Virus record (IMG/VR): IMGVR_UViG_3300005719_000002
Location: 11,485-75,484 of that record
Origin: a virus
Lineage: Duplodnaviria > Caudoviricetes
Length of the DNA stretch: 64,000 bases
Reading direction: 5' to 3' (one strand)
The position numbers and the translations under genes were made by a program. This document shows, in pieces, positions 62,357 through 64,000 of this stretch (position 1 is the stretch's first letter; each line of letters opens with the position of its first letter). The notes beneath the pieces were generated by a model. It saw only the letters and a program-made list of their open reading frames with translations, did no database searches and was not told where the DNA came from.

Positions 62357-63640
62357 ATGGCTTGGGATGTAGCAAATCAGGTATCGAAAGCCCAGCGAGT
62401 GTTCCTCGAAGGTATTTTCGAAGCCTACCAAAAGAAAGCCGATTTCTATCGGTATTTCACGCATGAAGTCGAGGACGTGCCAACCTCTTACACGGGGCGT
62501 CAGGTCGTCATCGAAACGAAAGCCAACCCGTCACTCTCGTCCGGCAATCTGGACGGCGGCGATCTGGCAACTCCGGGCAACCCGACGCTGGATAACTTTC
62601 TGGTCACGTACCAGTGGATCAATTCCGGCTTCCGGCAAACCTATGGAGCAATTCTCAACAACAACAAGGAAACAGTGGACGATCCGTTCATGCAGGCTGC
62701 GGAGTCAAGTGCAAAGCAGTTCACACAGTGGATCAACTACTACCTCTCGGATGGCAACGGTACGACCCGGCTGGCGACGGCCTCGTCCAACTACTCCGGC
62801 GGTACGCCGACTGTCTTTACGGCTAACGGCTCGACCGATTCACTCGGCGCGACCCGGATTGTCGATGGGATGCGTGGGTTCATCTACGACTCCACCGGCA
62901 CGACCCAGCGCACCGGCACGGTTGGTTCGGGGGTGCTCACGGTTTCGTCACACACGAAGACCGCGATCACCTTCACATCCAATATCCCCTCGGATACTGT
63001 CATCGGTGACATCTTCGTTCCCGAAGGTGGCAACACCACCGGTATCAAGGGTCTGCCGTATCTGGTGAACGACACGGGCAATTACTTTAACAAGTCCCGT
63101 TCCGCCGTTACCCAGCTCCAGTCGCAGGTTCTCGCGGCCTCAGGCGCTTTGACCGCGACGCTTTTGCTTCGTCTCCACGCTCAGTGCGCGCAGGCCAGCG
63201 GCGACGCGATTGAAGACCAGCCGGGAACTTTCTGCATGGCCTATGCCCAGTGGATCAACTACATGGGGCTGATTACTCCCGTGAGCTATCAGTACCGTGG
63301 CGATGATCGTCCGGGCGCAGACCTTGGGTTCAAGAGCCTCGGAGTGACGTGGTTTGGTGCTCCGATGAAATGCTTCCTGCAAATCAACGGCAACGCAATC
63401 TACCGTCTGCGGTTGGACGGCTTTAAGATGGCTACCTTGAAAAAGGTTGGTCAGCTCGATCCTCGTCTCCCCGCCGGTGGTGGTGAGTGGATGCAGCAAC
63501 TCTCGACTACGGCAGGTAACTATGCCGCTGGCCGTGAGCGCTGGATGGACTTCGCTGGAGACGCCTACGCTCGTGAACCATTCAAACAGGGTGTGCTGAA
63601 TGCCTTGACGATGACCCTTGGCAAGCAGAAGGGCGATTAG
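62357..63640 (+). CDS. Major capsid protein (427 aa)
   Basis: SD AAGGAG; size and position after the scaffold; followed by a terminator. Confidence 0.8.
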   Translation: MAWDVANQVSKAQRVFLEGIFEAYQKKADFYRYFTHEVEDVPTSYTGRQVVIETKANPSLSSGNLDGGDLATPGNPTLDNFLVTYQWINSGFRQTYGAILNNNKETVDDPFMQAAESSAKQFTQWINYYLSDGNGTTRLATASSNYSGGTPTVFTANGSTDSLGATRIVDGMRGFIYDSTGTTQRTGTVGSGVLTVSSHTKTAITFTSNIPSDTVIGDIFVPEGGNTTGIKGLPYLVNDTGNYFNKSRSAVTQLQSQVLAASGALTATLLLRLHAQCAQASGDAIEDQPGTFCMAYAQWINYMGLITPVSYQYRGDDRPGADLGFKSLGVTWFGAPMKCFLQINGNAIYRLRLDGFKMATLKKVGQLDPRLPAGGGEWMQQLSTTAGNYAAGRERWMDFAGDAYAREPFKQGVLNALTMTLGKQKGD

Positions 63641-63681
63641 TCCTTTAGATGCAACACTTGACTGATTCTTAGTTGCCTAAC

Positions 63682-63711
63682 GGGAGGTGGGCCGTCCCGC
63701 CTCCCACTTTT
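63682..63711 (+). terminator. Intrinsic terminator after MCP
   Basis: GGGAGGTGGG-CCGT-CCCGCCTCCC-ACTTTT. Confidence 0.75.
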
Positions 63712-63717
63712 AACCAA

Positions 63718-64000
63718 ATGGCTGAATCCAGAACATACGTGGAAGCTCCGGCGAAACCGGAGGGGTTTGACGAGCGCGTTACCGACCTTTGCGGTCGCAC
63801 GCTAACTGGTGAGCCGAAAGTCCGTGTCGTGTGGGGCTGGGACGCCAAGTGTTTCCGTAACGGCAACCCTGAGGCATTGAAGTATCCGAATCCGGTGTTT
63901 CTCAATCGCTGGATTGTGGAGCAGTGGGTGCCCGCATCGTTTTATGGCCTACCTGAAGATTGGGAGAAATTGCGCTGGGGCGTGACCGCAGAAGGCAAGA
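63718..64000 (+). CDS. Head-associated hypothetical protein, 3'-truncated
   Basis: ATG at 63718; the frame is open to the window end. Confidence 0.6.
   Translation, partial: MAESRTYVEAPAKPEGFDERVTDLCGRTLTGEPKVRVVWGWDAKCFRNGNPEALKYPNPVFLNRWIVEQWVPASFYGLPEDWEKLRWGVTAEGK

Noticed and set aside
48826-63499. Many short alternative-frame and antisense ORFs inside the head and ejection genes
   Set aside because: They are nested in long, well-supported genes and lack SD or domain evidence.
1-64000. Stop-codon reassignment
   Set aside because: terL, portal, MCP and the 1659-aa gene are intact in the standard code, and all three stops are used as terminators.

Overview
The window is 64 kb of a tailed dsDNA bacteriophage genome in the standard genetic code, with no CRISPR array, rRNA, integrase or canonical tRNA detected. 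It opens inside the tail/fibre region and ends just after the major capsid gene, so the genome continues beyond both edges. Layout: (1) 1-9.2 kb, virion fibre/decoration genes carrying about 1,250 residues of Ser-Pro-Ala (SPSAS) mucin-like repeats; (2) 9.3-17.2 kb, a co-directional glycosylation cluster (two GT2/ppGalNAc-T-like enzymes with DxH motifs, three paralogous GT-A-like domains, a DUF616-like GT, a methyltransferase, a UDP-galactopyranose-mutase-like flavoprotein) with an embedded Tad2-like gene; (3) 17.2-21 kb, membrane/lysis-type genes with no recognisable endolysin; (4) 21-27.8 kb leftward, Mom, an N6-adenine MTase, host-like surface proteins (PEP-CTERM; a Blastocatellia-type OmpA-like protein), a 141-nt tRNA-like RNA, and SSB/NinB/Cas4-like recombination genes; (5) 27.9-32.6 kb, replication (O-like initiator with iterons, ParB fusion, loader, NinG); (6) 32.7-44.7 kb, small accessory genes; (7) 45-64 kb, terS, putative ejection proteins (one with a lytic transglycosylase), terL, portal, scaffold and MCP. 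The host is inferred to be Acidobacteriota (Blastocatellia-like). The best candidate for a new system is a phage-encoded mucin-type O-glycosylation module: mucin-like virion proteins next to enzymes resembling peptide O-HexNAc transferases. Several structured ncRNA candidates and leaderless autoregulated mini-regulators also stand out. All family assignments come from motif recognition by eye; no database search or folding program was run.
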